From positions 62,001 to 126,000 of the forward strand of contig NIVC01001484.1 in the NCBI GenBank assembly GCA_002269645.1: DNA of 64,000 nt, read 5' to 3'. Of the stretch, positions 13,208 through 24,815 are shown piece after piece. Both the position numbers and the translations under genes were made by a program. The notes under the pieces were generated by a model. That model did not search any database and was not told where the DNA came from. It worked only from the letters and a program-made list of their open reading frames with translations. The DNA is from Macrostomum lignano. Lineage: Eukaryota. Every line of letters starts with the position of its first letter. Within the stretch, counting starts at the first letter, position 1.

Positions 13208-14857
13208 CTACTTGTCCCCAGTCCTGTTCATGTTGCGCATCATGGCAAAGATGTTGCCCTCCCGCGCTCCGCCGGACTTCTCCGTCACCCAGGCGGAGTC
13301 CATGAACTCGGACGTTGACCAGCGGTCCACGGCTGATTGAACAAGCAGGTGGCTCAGAGCGGCTCGACACTCGGCGCTGAGCTCCGAGCAGGTCTTGCAG
13401 CGGTTGCAGAGTCGGCCGTAATTGAAATCTTTGATTTCGTCGATGAGGTCGGACTCGGACCGGCTGGAGTAGGGCAGGCTGCCGTGCACCAGGCTGAACA
13501 TGATGATGCCCAACGACCAGACGTCGCATTTCTCTGTGTAGCTGCTGCACTTCACGATTTCTGGCGCCTGCATGGATTTGGCGGGTTGGTTGAATGGATG
13601 ATTGAAGTCACTGCGGCAGGAATTTCTACCATACCTGATACCTCCTCATGAGATGGCTGAGAGTAGTTAAGTCACAATGAAACCAAATGGGCTTCGAATT
13701 TGAGAGCTGCTCATACACACAGAGGCGCAGCTACGGAGGACTTGCTATGGTGCAAGGGGCCATCATATCTCATTCTTGCGCATGGTAATTGACGGAGTAT
13801 AATGGTCCGTCCCTATCGTGACTAGCGAACTTCATTACTTGCTTGCCCAATGTTTCCCCGCATCGCCATGAAAGCCATGACTATCCGCACCTGATAAGCC
13901 GGGGTGCCGACGTTGTCGCCCAGCGACTGGTCGGAGACGCGCAGTTCAATCGACAAGCCGAAGTCGGTGAGCTTCACCACAAACGGGCACGGGTGGGTAG
14001 CCGGTGACCCCTTGCGGTCCACAGCGGCTTCGCCTCGACGTCGGCAGAAACGCGGACTGCTGCCGTCGGTAGTTTTAGCCGACGGGATTCGTTTCAGCAG
14101 GCAGTTGTGCAGCTTCAGGTCGCGGTGCACAACCCGGTGGCGGTGCAGGTAGCTCAGCGCGCTGCCCAGCTGCCTCAAGGTGCACCTGGCGTCCTGCTCA
14201 GCGAATTGAGTCCGACGCTGCAACTCGTCGGCCAGGTTGCCGCCGTCGCACAGCTCCATGAACAGGTAGCAGCTGTTCTCTGACTCGTAGATGGCGTCCA
14301 CGGCGACGATGTTGGGGTGCCGGTGCCGGCTCAGAACGTGGATTTCGTTCTCCCAGGACTTGCCGTACTGCGTCTTTGGGTCCTTCTTCTTCACCATCTG
14401 AGGCGGCGGAGAGTGAAACAAATAAATAATCCATTAAAAAACAGTAGTAGGACTACAAAGAACGCAACTCTAAGAAGCTTCACTCCTGGTGCTTTGGTGG
14501 GCGCCACTGTCCCTACCTCGACCTGGGCTGGTAGATAGCACGTCGAACTAAGTGGGGGAGGATTTGGGGCCGCAGACAGTCCCCATCTCTTTGGCCCCTC
14601 TCTGACGTGCACTTTGCCCAGGCCAAACTGCATTGAGAAAGGAGAATTCCAGCTTGGCTTCATTCTGACAGCTGATTTACCTTCTTTACGGCGAATTTGT
14701 GCCCGTCGGAGATTCTCAGCGCCAGCAGCACGCTGCCGAAGGCGCCCTCTCCGAGCTTTTCGCCGAACTGGAAGGTCTCCTCAAGCTGCTGACAGGAGTC
14801 GATCTTAACAAATGGCACCACACTTGCCGTGTCGTCAGTGCTCGCCCATTTGGCCAT
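13208..14857 (-). CDS. STK33: STK33-like Ser/Thr kinase (CAMK group); 3 exons, ~347 aa
   Basis: Exons 14857-14681, 14397-13891 and 13567-13208, GT-AG, phase 0. Motifs GEGAFG, AVKK, HRDLKLHN, DFG, GTPAYQ|APE, DVWSLG. The N-terminal VPFVKID...LEETFQFG and C-terminal NIFAMMR resemble STK33-specific flanks. Confidence 0.78.
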
Positions 14858-16929
14858 GGCAGGTGACGGAAGACTGACGTCAACTTACTGAAATTTGGCA
14901 AGAACTGCGTTTTAGGGTGCTTCTGCTTTTCTGTCTGCCTGCCAAGCGTGTCAAGCGAGCAGTTAGGCGCTAAAGAGCTCCGCTCTGTCAGAGTGGCCTC
15001 AGGGAGGGCTTAGAAGGGGGAGCCGCCGCGACTGCTTCGGAGCAGCAAGTCTGGGCTTGTTCAAATCAAAATTTGATGATGCTCAGATTCTGCGTCTCTT
15101 TTTCTACCCCTGAGCACCGCGCGGCCACCCCGCGCCCCAGCTCTCTTGCAGGCACTCTCGCACAATGGAGTCTATTCAGTATGAAGCAGAGCAGCAATAA
15201 AATAGCTGTGAAGACGGCCGCAGGATTCAACAACCAGCCTCCATCGCCCACTCGCCGCCAACGTGTCCCTTAGCCCCGGCATTCAACGGTAATTCTTCTT
15301 TTCATCGGACTTGAACATGCTTAATTACAAGGTTGCCCGCGAGGAGACACAGGGAGGATAGAGGGAGAGAATGCGGCCTTCAAAGCTGATCAAATGCACG
15401 AGATAACTTGAGAGAATTTCAACAATGCAATGTGGGCAGTTGCTCACCCCGAGTAAATTGCCTGGGACCGGAGTTGCAATTTGAAATGACAATAGAAACA
15501 TCAAGAACTTAACCGCTGACACAGCTGCGTTCTTTACAAGTCGAATAGCGTGACTAAGAGCTCTGCTAATGGTTGGGCTCTCTCACGATGGCGTGATGCC
15601 GTGAAGTGGCGGCAGCTCACTTTACAGTTCAAAACGGCTATTAAATTTTTTCTAAAGCAAAAATTCAACTAACCTAATATAAGTGAACGAGCTGACTCAT
15701 GGCTTTAAAAAAAGTTTTAAAAGTCCTAGCATTTCATAAAAAAACCTTGAAACGATAAAATCTGCAAATTCCTGTCTGCAAACAGCATGCAGGCAGCTCT
15801 TTATCAGCCGGACGAGATTCTAACCAGTACCTCACTTGCATGTTATCAGGGTGACTTGGCGGTGCTAAACTTTACAAAATGGAGGTTCACTCACCGTGTA
15901 TTTAACAGTAGCCCAAATAGCTGGGCAGAAGTTGTGGCGGCTCGGTTTGAGGGTGTGACACAGTGATTCGATGCAGTGTACCTTGGACTCGTAGCGAGCC
16001 TCCAACTGCATGGCCAATCCGTACACAAATGACTCAAGAGAAATTCAAGGCGGCAGTTTTGCACCTGTCCGAGAGTGAACTGTCGCGCCACCGGCGACTC
16101 CAGCTGGCCGGCCATTTTCATCCACGACGAGGAGGACTTCCTCCATCTCATGACTCCCGAAGATCTCAGGTCTTAAGACGCACCCTGTGACCCAGAGACA
16201 CAAAGTCAGGCCAATGAGGCCAACAGACCCATTAGAGCAGTGATTCACAGCACTCAAATATGCCTTATATCATAAGGTAGATAGGGCGAATTTTTGCAAT
16301 CGCAGTCAAAGAGAAAATGAGTTAATAACAGGGTATTAATGCACCATAATTATAGATCTCGTGTAGTCTTCGTTCTCACGCTGTCAAACTCTTCTATTTG
16401 AATATTATCACAACAAAAAGACAAAAAATAGGGATTCATTAGGTGCCATCCACCGTACTTATAGTAGACATGCACTACGAAATTCAACTTCAGTTAGAAA
16501 CTTACAGCTCAGAAGTTAAGCTACAAAAAATAACTAAATATGACAGCGAATGCAGATGATTTGCTTAAGTATCATAAATTTATTAACAAGTAAAAATGCA
16601 TTCAAAATTACGCTGCAACCAACAAGCAAAACTTTCTCGACAGATAAAATAATTTGAAAGGAGCACCTTGATGACGCTCAAACTGACTCAAGTTTGATAA
16701 CGAATATCTGAGGCAAAACTTAAAAACTTCCAACCGCAAATTTTACGAAATTTGGACGCAAAATTCACTTCAGTTTGCGATCGGAAACAAAGCAATACTA
16801 TTTAATAAAACTGAATCATTAAGCAGCGAATCTGCATAAAAACATTTCCATCTCACAAAGACAAAAATTAAAGTGCAAAATCCATTGACAGAGCAAAATT
16901 GAGCTCCGCATAGATTTCAAACTCAGCCC

Positions 16930-18136
16930 TCAGCCCTTCCTGTGCACGATGCCCAGGCCGCAGTTGTACTCCTGCCTGGTGATCCACTTGGACTGGAAAG
17001 TGCTCAGCGAGGCCAGGATAGAGCCAACGACCCACATTGAGTACTTCCGCTGGGGCAGCGCCACCACTTTGATCTTGACGTCGGAGGGCGCCAGGCCGGC
17101 GATCTCCTTCTGCAGGCGGTCGGCGATGCCGGGGTACAAGCTGGAGCCGCCGCTGAGCATAATGTTTGAGCACAGGTCCCGTCTGATATCCACGTCGCAT
17201 TCGGTGACGCAGTCAAACACTGTCTGGTGGATGCCCACAGGCTCTAGTCCGAGATCTGACGGCTGGGACAGCGCCTCCGGACAGCGGAAGCGCTCGCTGC
17301 CGACGCTGATCAGCTGACCGTCGGGCAGCTCGTAGCTCTTCTCCAGGGCGTTGCTGGTGGCCGCAATGCGCGCCTCGTGCTCGAAGTCGAGCGCCACGTA
17401 GCACAGCTTCTCCTTGATGTCGCGGACGATCTGAAGTTGAATTCGCGCTGTTTGAGTAAATCCACAAGCTTTTCAGTGAGACTGCGACCAGCCAGATCAG
17501 TTTGGGAGATGGCTTTGGCTATCGGCTTGCCCGCATCGATGGGAACCGCGTCTGTAGAGCCCTCGCCAGAGTCCAGCACGATGCCGGTGGTGCAGCCGCT
17601 GACGTACAGCGACAGCACGGCCTGGATGGCGACGTACATGGCGGGCGTGTTGAAGGTCTCGAACATGATCTGCGTCATTTTCTCGCGGTTGGCCTTGGGG
17701 TTGAGCGGCGCTTCAGTGAGCAGTATGGAGTGCTCCTCGGGGCCACGCGGAGCTCCTTGTGGAAGGTGTGGTGCCAGATCTTCTCCGTGTTTGTCACAAC
17801 GCCGTGCTCGATCGGATACTTCGGTTCCACGAAGCCGCGTCTCTTCTGCGCCTCCTCGCCGACGTAGGTATCCTTCTGGCCTATGCCGAAAGTAACGCCC
17901 TAACCAAGTTCGGAAGTTCGATTGCTTATAGTTTTAGCCTTTAATTCTAAGTTATAGTAATTGCTGTAATCTTGGGCATGTGAAGCTGTAATGTAAAACA
18001 AAAACTTATATTTGTAATTCGGCTTCCTTACAAGGCTAGGGAAAATTTTCCTAGGCCTTTTCTCGCCCACAAAGCCGGCCTTGCAGGTGCCGGATCCGCA
18101 GTCAATCACCAGAACGGCCGAGTTGGCATCGGACAT
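16930..18136 (-). pseudogene. Actin-like gene with two frameshifts and several deletions (probable pseudogene)
   Basis: Actin motifs [69 protein letters not shown]. One intron (acceptor 17900-17901). Frameshifts: 1-nt loss in the G-run at 17739-17742 and at ~17431 (TTTAERE missing). WDD is also deleted, and the expected codon-41 donor is missing. Confidence 0.85.
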
Positions 18137-19193
18137 TGTCAGATCGGCTGGTCACTTATAGCCATCTGTTACTTGGCGCGAGCGAGCGAACTTGTCTGTG
18201 CTCACAAAGTCTGACAAAAAATAGGATTTATTTTCATAAAAGTGTGCAAAGCCCGAGCATCTTCTAACGACTCAAGCGCATACTCAAGACAATGGGTGGC
18301 GTACAGAAGTTTAAGCGAATGCTTCTACTTGAGACTTGGCAGCCTAATGCTTACTAAATAGTTTAGCAAATGCTCACTACTTGTACGAATTTACATAGTT
18401 TTCGAATATGTAATCTCCCTTAGTTGTTAGCCCCGACGCATGTACCGTCGCAGGGAAATTTCTTCGGTGCAAGTTTCACGAGAATCATTTGAGCTGTTAT
18501 TCTGAAATCAATCACATGTAGCTATCTACCTTAGATAAATAGAAACAGCTCGTTTTTAGTGTAGTAGAAGAGGATCTTAGAGCTAGAACTTTAGTCTATT
18601 GTGAAGACGGATGTGGTTTGTAAAGATTAGTAAGCTATAAAGTTGTGAACTCTTAGCTACAGACCCAACCCAGAGACCAATACACAGAGAGTATGTCTTG
18701 TGCAATAGGCACGCAACACTCTTTCCTGTCAAGTTTTTTGTCCGTGGACAAATTTTCTAATCAAATTCTACCGCACGTCAGAAAGTCTTGCACTTACGAC
18801 CAAAGCTTCACTTCTCCAGCTTAAAATAACAAACAAGTTTAGAAGAGGCTTATCTGCTAAGAAGGCGTGCACGCAGTCTGGTTCAGTTTGTCTGCTGGGT
18901 GGGTGCCTGGGTATTCAATGGAAAGGGGAACTCTCGACTTTGTATTGCATAGCTATGGAACGAATGTACATGCAGTTCTACGTACAACAGTCTACGTACA
19001 TTTGACCCCCACCCCAATAAAATTCTCTCCTCTCTAGCGAAATAGCTCGTATTAATGTACACCCTTGCCTCAGAAGAAAACCCACAGCGTTATATCTGCG
19101 CAGACAGACTTTAACTGAAGCAACAAGGTACCAAAACTGTTATTTAGTTTTGCTTAAATCCGTCTCAAGTGTCTTAAGCAGTTCGTGAGACAA

Positions 19194-22130
19194 ATGGCAA
19201 ACCGTTTTGATCCTCAACCCGTGGATATTGACGGCGACTTCGGTCAAGTTGCAAGAGCTGCGGCACAGCACCTCAGCCAGTCTCTGGCTCAAACCGAATC
19301 GCTAGACCGAGAGCAACAGCTGCAGTTGCTCAAGCAGGTGCTGCTCAACAATCCTCTGCTTCTAGCCGTCCTGGAAGATCCCGAATGGCAGCGCAGCATT
19401 CGAGAGGCGGCTGTCCCGGTGCCGGGCGAAGCTCACCTTGGCGTCACCAGTGAGATCGCTCAGAATGTGCAGCCAGGTAAGCTTAGCTGTAAAGCATTCT
19501 GTGCTGTTAAACTGCGCACATCTAATATTGCAAAGGTTATTACCCCGAAACTTTATTAACCAAGCTAAAATAGTCATGGATGCATAGGATTTCAAACTTG
19601 TACATGTACGACTATAACACAATATCCATTCACCTTACTACAATTGACAGGAAATGTTCTAAACTTGTCCTACTACAAGCTTCCGCACAAGGTGGTGGTG
19701 GAGACCTGCAGCTACTCTCCCGATGAGAACAAGCTGGCCGTTACTGCCATCCACTATGGGAGGCTGGGCCTGCTGAGCCCCGTCACTGTGCTGCGTGAGG
19801 ACTTCCAGCTGCCTTGCAACGGCTCCAGTGTGTGGCTGCACACATTCCCGAACTCGGTGCTGTACTCAAACAAGGAATCGCTGTCTCGGGCACTCAGCCG
19901 CCTCGGTGAGAGACAGCACTATCCAACCAGCAACAACGCGCACACTTTGGCCGTGTGGTGTCGAGTTCGGGACTCGAGAAACCTGGACAGCGTTCGGGTT
20001 CCTCTGCTAGACGACAAACGGGAAGAGCTGCACCAGCTCATGCCGGCTGATCACATAGATGTATCGATCGGAAACCAGCAGGTGCACGCCGTCATCGCTT
20101 CGATCGAGTCTCTTGACGAAGTCAACGAAAGAAAAGTACTTTCTGTAGTGGCTCTGTCGGAAAGTCTACAGGTCAACGGAAATGCGTTTCAAACTTTCGG
20201 TAGAACTATGCTCGCTATAAACCCGAATGAGCGCGTTGAAAAACTGCAGCTGGAACTGAAACGCACCAATGTGGAGAAGAATGCGGAAATATTCAACAAC
20301 ACTCACCTGTGCCAGGAGTGTTCGGATTTGATGGCGATAAACTTTTTGGCAACAGGAACGGCCGTCGAGCCCAAGGCGCACGCTCGTTTTACCATCCATG
20401 TCAGCGAACTTCGTTCTAACGAGCTGATTTTCTACCAAGGCCGTATTCACTTCGTGATGAAGGTGGACCAGCCGGAGCGTGACGACCAAACCTATCAGAT
20501 TCACACGGTTTGTTACGCGCCGCTAAACTTGCAGACGGCGCCGAAGACGACCGAAATTCGCCTGCTCGTCAACCTGCGTGAGGCGGGCAAAGTGCAGCTG
20601 GTGCGGCACGCCGAGCCCGACCTGCAGTGTCCAGTTTTGTTGAACTGGAAATCCATGGATTCGCCGTTGATTACTACGCAAGCTGTAGAAGATCTGAGTC
20701 AACTTCAGCCAGGTGACGCTGTCTCAATCCAGGTCCAGGAGTGTAAAGCCAAGTATCCACTGTCGCCACTAATGCCTGGCCTGCACGCTATTGTCAAGAG
20801 AAACAGCACCAGTGATGGTTTTTTGGAAGTGATCTGCTTCAACGCGGGCGGCTCCGGCTTGGTTGAAGTCAAGCGCCTGCCAGTGAGCGATCACAAATTC
20901 AGCAAGATAAACTTCAACGTTAGCCGTGATTTGCTTTCGGACGGAGAGGATCCTTTGAGACGAGCGGAGGTTCGTCTTGGCACTGGTCAGTACTGCATCG
21001 CTTGGAACAACTCGCGTGACTTCGCTCGCTGGTGCTGCGTCAATCACAAGTCCAACGCTTCGTCGCACATCGGAGTAGTGACCAAGCCGGCAGATCTGGC
21101 CACGCTTTCATCTATGCAGCAGTCGGCGAAAGTGAGGCTGCAGCATCAGATTGCTGACCAAAGTGTGCTTCGCGAAGTGAGTCTGATCGATGTGAGCTCT
21201 CCGAACCAATTCACCAATGTTTTGAAGTTGAGCCTGATTAACGTCGATTGGTCAGTTAAGATGGTGCAAATTGTTAAGCTTGAGAACACCAGCCAGCTTC
21301 AAAAAGTACGACGGGTGCCTTACAATGGCAAGTCGGTAAGCGAAGCGCAGGCTCGGATATTGAGCGAAACAATCAACATTCTACTCGACTTGTCCCTTGC
21401 CAATGCCTCTGATCGCCAGCTGGGCTGCGGCCTTTCGGACCAAACTTTCTGTACCTGGCTGCGAGGCTTGAAGCAGGCCGGTCTGGTCGAGCTGCCTGCT
21501 CTGCTGTCGGCCGATGCTGCAGCAGACATTGGCTCGGGGCAAGACCTGGAACAAGTTGCAGATCTGTACGAGCTCAGCCAGTGGGATCATGTAGTTATTG
21601 AGAGACCTCAAGCACCTCAACTACACATGCTAGTTTTGGAGTTCAACGTTGAGTCCGGGGTGCTCTGTGGTTACACCTATGCACCAAGGCCCCAACAGGA
21701 TCCTGGCAAGCGCCTGGACATGTACATGTACTTTCCGCCGGACAAGGCCCCCTATCCAATGCACAAGGTCATCCGACGAACTCCAATAGACACCGACGCG
21801 AGTTCCGAGCTGAGCGCCAGTCTTGCCGCGGGCTCCAACTTCGCCGACAATGTGGCGGCCTGGGCCCAGCTCTGCGCGCTCGAATTGGACTCAAACCTTC
21901 TGCCGCAGTTAGACGACGATCTCAACAAATTGCTCAAGCTGATGCTCAGGTTTGCTCTCCGCTACGCTTCGGGCCAATATCCCGACGATGGCTCTCTGCA
22001 GACTTGCCGCGTCATCCTCGCTTCGGGTGGGTTCGCCAGATCACTGAAGAACGACCTGCGCTGCGAGGCCGCTTCACGACGGTTGTATTTTATTGTCCGG
22101 CTGATGGCTCGCATGGTTGAGTCGGAATAA
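19194..22130 (+). CDS. Multi-LRAT (permuted NlpC/P60, H-box/NC-like) repeat protein, paralogue A; 2 exons, ~920 aa
   Basis: Exons 19194-19476 (G|GTAAG) and 19651-22130 join in frame. LRAT-like motifs QPG|NVLNLSYYKLPH...AIH...RALSRLGE...NNAHTLAVWCR and LQPGDAV...LHAIV...RRAEVRLG...Y..AWNNSRDFARWC. Confidence 0.8.
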
Positions 22131-22984
22131 AACTGCTGTGACGATTTCGTGTTTACATTCATGCTTATTTATTCAGTATAGGCTTGACCCAAACAAGATG
22201 TACTGTACAGCACCTTGGGACCTTCTGGATGAGTTGAATTGCTTCGGAACGTATTAGAAGCTTTCTACCCAGTTTCACCGTCATTCTGAGAGAAAAATTA
22301 ATCAATTCATAGTTCTGCCCAAATCAGACGTACAATGGTTCTGTTGATTGATTTTAAAGCCCAACATCCTATCAGAAATTATTTTTCCTCTGACAATATT
22401 TTTGCTCTGCAACTCTGATTTTCAAAAACTTGCGCCAATAATTTTCATGCGAACCTGCACTGCTCTGTGCATGATTTAACAAATTTCAATGGTTTAAACG
22501 CTTAAAATACAAAAACTGGTTTACTGGATTTGAGTAGAATACGAGCTACTAACCAGATGTTATTCTATTTTTATGTTCGCTTTTAGTCTTGAGTTTCAAC
22601 TCAATTTTCCCTTTATCGTTTTACAAGGATTTCCAAATATATTGTAAGATATTATCGGCGTTGCACTTCCTTGACGCAATTATTCAGCAAAATTGAATAA
22701 TCTTATCTGGACTGGCAGAGACCTGACCTGAGAGACAATTGAGCTTATGGCTTCTCAATGTATTAGCATTGGAATTATGAGCGCTTACTGGAACAGTTTT
22801 TTAAGCATGCACTTCATTGAAGGCTGATCAGTCTGTTAACTTAGATAAGGATTAAAGGCGTTTGTTGGAGACCGACTATGGTCTTTCCATTCTGAGTGTG
22901 TTTGCTTAGAAACGCCATGGTAACAGATACCCGTATATAATTCTGTATTTAAAACATTTAATTTCTTATTCTAATAACATTTTT

Positions 22985-23298
22985 TAATAATTACAATCGT
23001 TACAATTTATTGCACCTGCTTTAATTGGGCCAGATGTGCGACCGACAGCTCATCCGCAGCTATTGCGCGGCGCATCTGAAGGCTGCGTACGGCTGTTCAG
23101 TCCAAGGGGGGGGGTCGCCACACCCTCAATTACCCCAGCTACAGTGTAATGCTGCACCCATTTTACAGCTTGGTGAACTGAAGCAACGAAGAGTTAAGTG
23201 TCTTGCTCAAGGACACCAATTGTCCTCGTTGGTTCGGGAATCGAACCCCCGACCTTCAAATCGTGAGTCCGACGCTCTGACCACTAAGCTACAACCCT
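22985..23298 (-). mobile_element. CORE-like tRNA-SINE, copy 2
   Basis: Reverse complement of the 12465 element: A box TAGCTTAGTGG, B box GGTTCGATTCC, GTGTCCTTGAGCAAGACACTTAACTC, and the same 3' body (CAGATGCGCCGCGCAATAGCTGCGG...). Confidence 0.82.
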
Positions 23299-24815
23299 CT
23301 TAAATTTATTAATTTAGTGAGAACATCCTTTTACGTAGTCATAACTGTCTTGCTTATTTGTTTCTTGTTGGCTGCCTTGCTTTTTACGATCTACGAGTAT
23401 TAGAACCCAAATCGAATTAAGGTTCATTCACTCCGTCATGAATTGAGCCGACAAAAAGCACGACGGGATGTACCAATGTGATTTTTTAATAGTACAAAGC
23501 CACGTGATCGCAGAAAAATGGGCCTTTTTTATTGTGATGTTAACAAAATGGTCTTGAGCGTATAGTGGTGGCTCAGAGTTCAAGAGTAACTTCCCGTCCA
23601 TCTGCTCTTCGAGTTCCTGGCCTACACGAACTGTCTTTGAACTCGATTTTTGAGTAGGCAAAGCCGCTGGGCCAAGTTGCTACAAGTTTAGAGCTGTTAG
23701 AGCTTTTGGGTAGCTTTTAGTAGCGCTCTGGGGCGAGTTTATTTCTCGTATTATGTTCAGGGCTTCCTACTCAGCGTACAGTGTTGTCTATGGTTGATGT
23801 CGAAGATACCAAAGGGAAAAGTACAAAGACAACCAATAGATTAATTTCTATACAGGAAGCTACTATATAATCCCTTTCTACATGATAAAATCCCTACATC
23901 ATTTTGGCAACCGGTACGTGTAGTTAAGACTTATTTTGGCGCCGCCGCAGGGCACTCGATTAGCTATGCGCCAGCTCTGGCAGATACAGCAAGGATTGGC
24001 TTCATGGACTTCTAAAACACTGGGAAAAGGACGTTGCAGGCGTCTCTTACGCATTTTCTCTGTCGAAACAAGGAAAATTCTTTCTTAACAGTAACTCTTT
24101 GAACCTGAACTGGGCTTTAGAACAGTTATTCAGCATCGGCGGTCACTGTCGAAATTGTAGTTTCTGACCTTTTGAGAAATCACATCAATAGTTCTGAGTA
24201 ACAGAATCGATTAGTGCGCGTCAATAGCATAAACTCTAATTAAAGTAGGATTGTAAGGTATGAAAGAAGTTACACTGTCTAGCTTGTACGAGCTACGTGC
24301 CTGTTTTACAGACTAAATAAACTGAAATTCTCAAAACCTCAGACCTTTCTCATACCTTACACGACGCACTCAATAATAGTCAGCCTTAACTCTCTCTCCG
24401 AGAGGGCGCTGTAGTGCTTGGTTAGACAGAGACTGCGAGCCTATGCACAACCAGATACTGCAAGATATGTACAGGCAACTATGCACTTCAAACTGAATGC
24501 TTTGGACAGAAAACAGTGAGGGACAGAGGGTTGAGAGCTGTGCTTGTCTGTCTGGGGCTATGCGACAGCGTACATTGTAAGCCTTGTGCAAATCTCTCAA
24601 TGCTTATCTACTGAGGCGCACGCGCTGGGCTTAGTCCAATTTAGACAACACTTGCCTACAAGTCTTAGATGTTTCTTGGTGCTTTATAATCTTATATTTT
24701 ATATTATAATTATTTATAATCTGCAGTACTGTGACCTTGTAGAAAAACAAAACTACACAGCTGCAGTCCAAAGCGGTGTTGCAACCAGAAGCTCTTAGTA
24801 TAGCAAGACTCGAAA

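Noticed and set aside
14900-16260. Short moderately GC-rich ORFs between STK33 and actin
   Set aside because: No homology or consistent exon chain identifiable; left unannotated.
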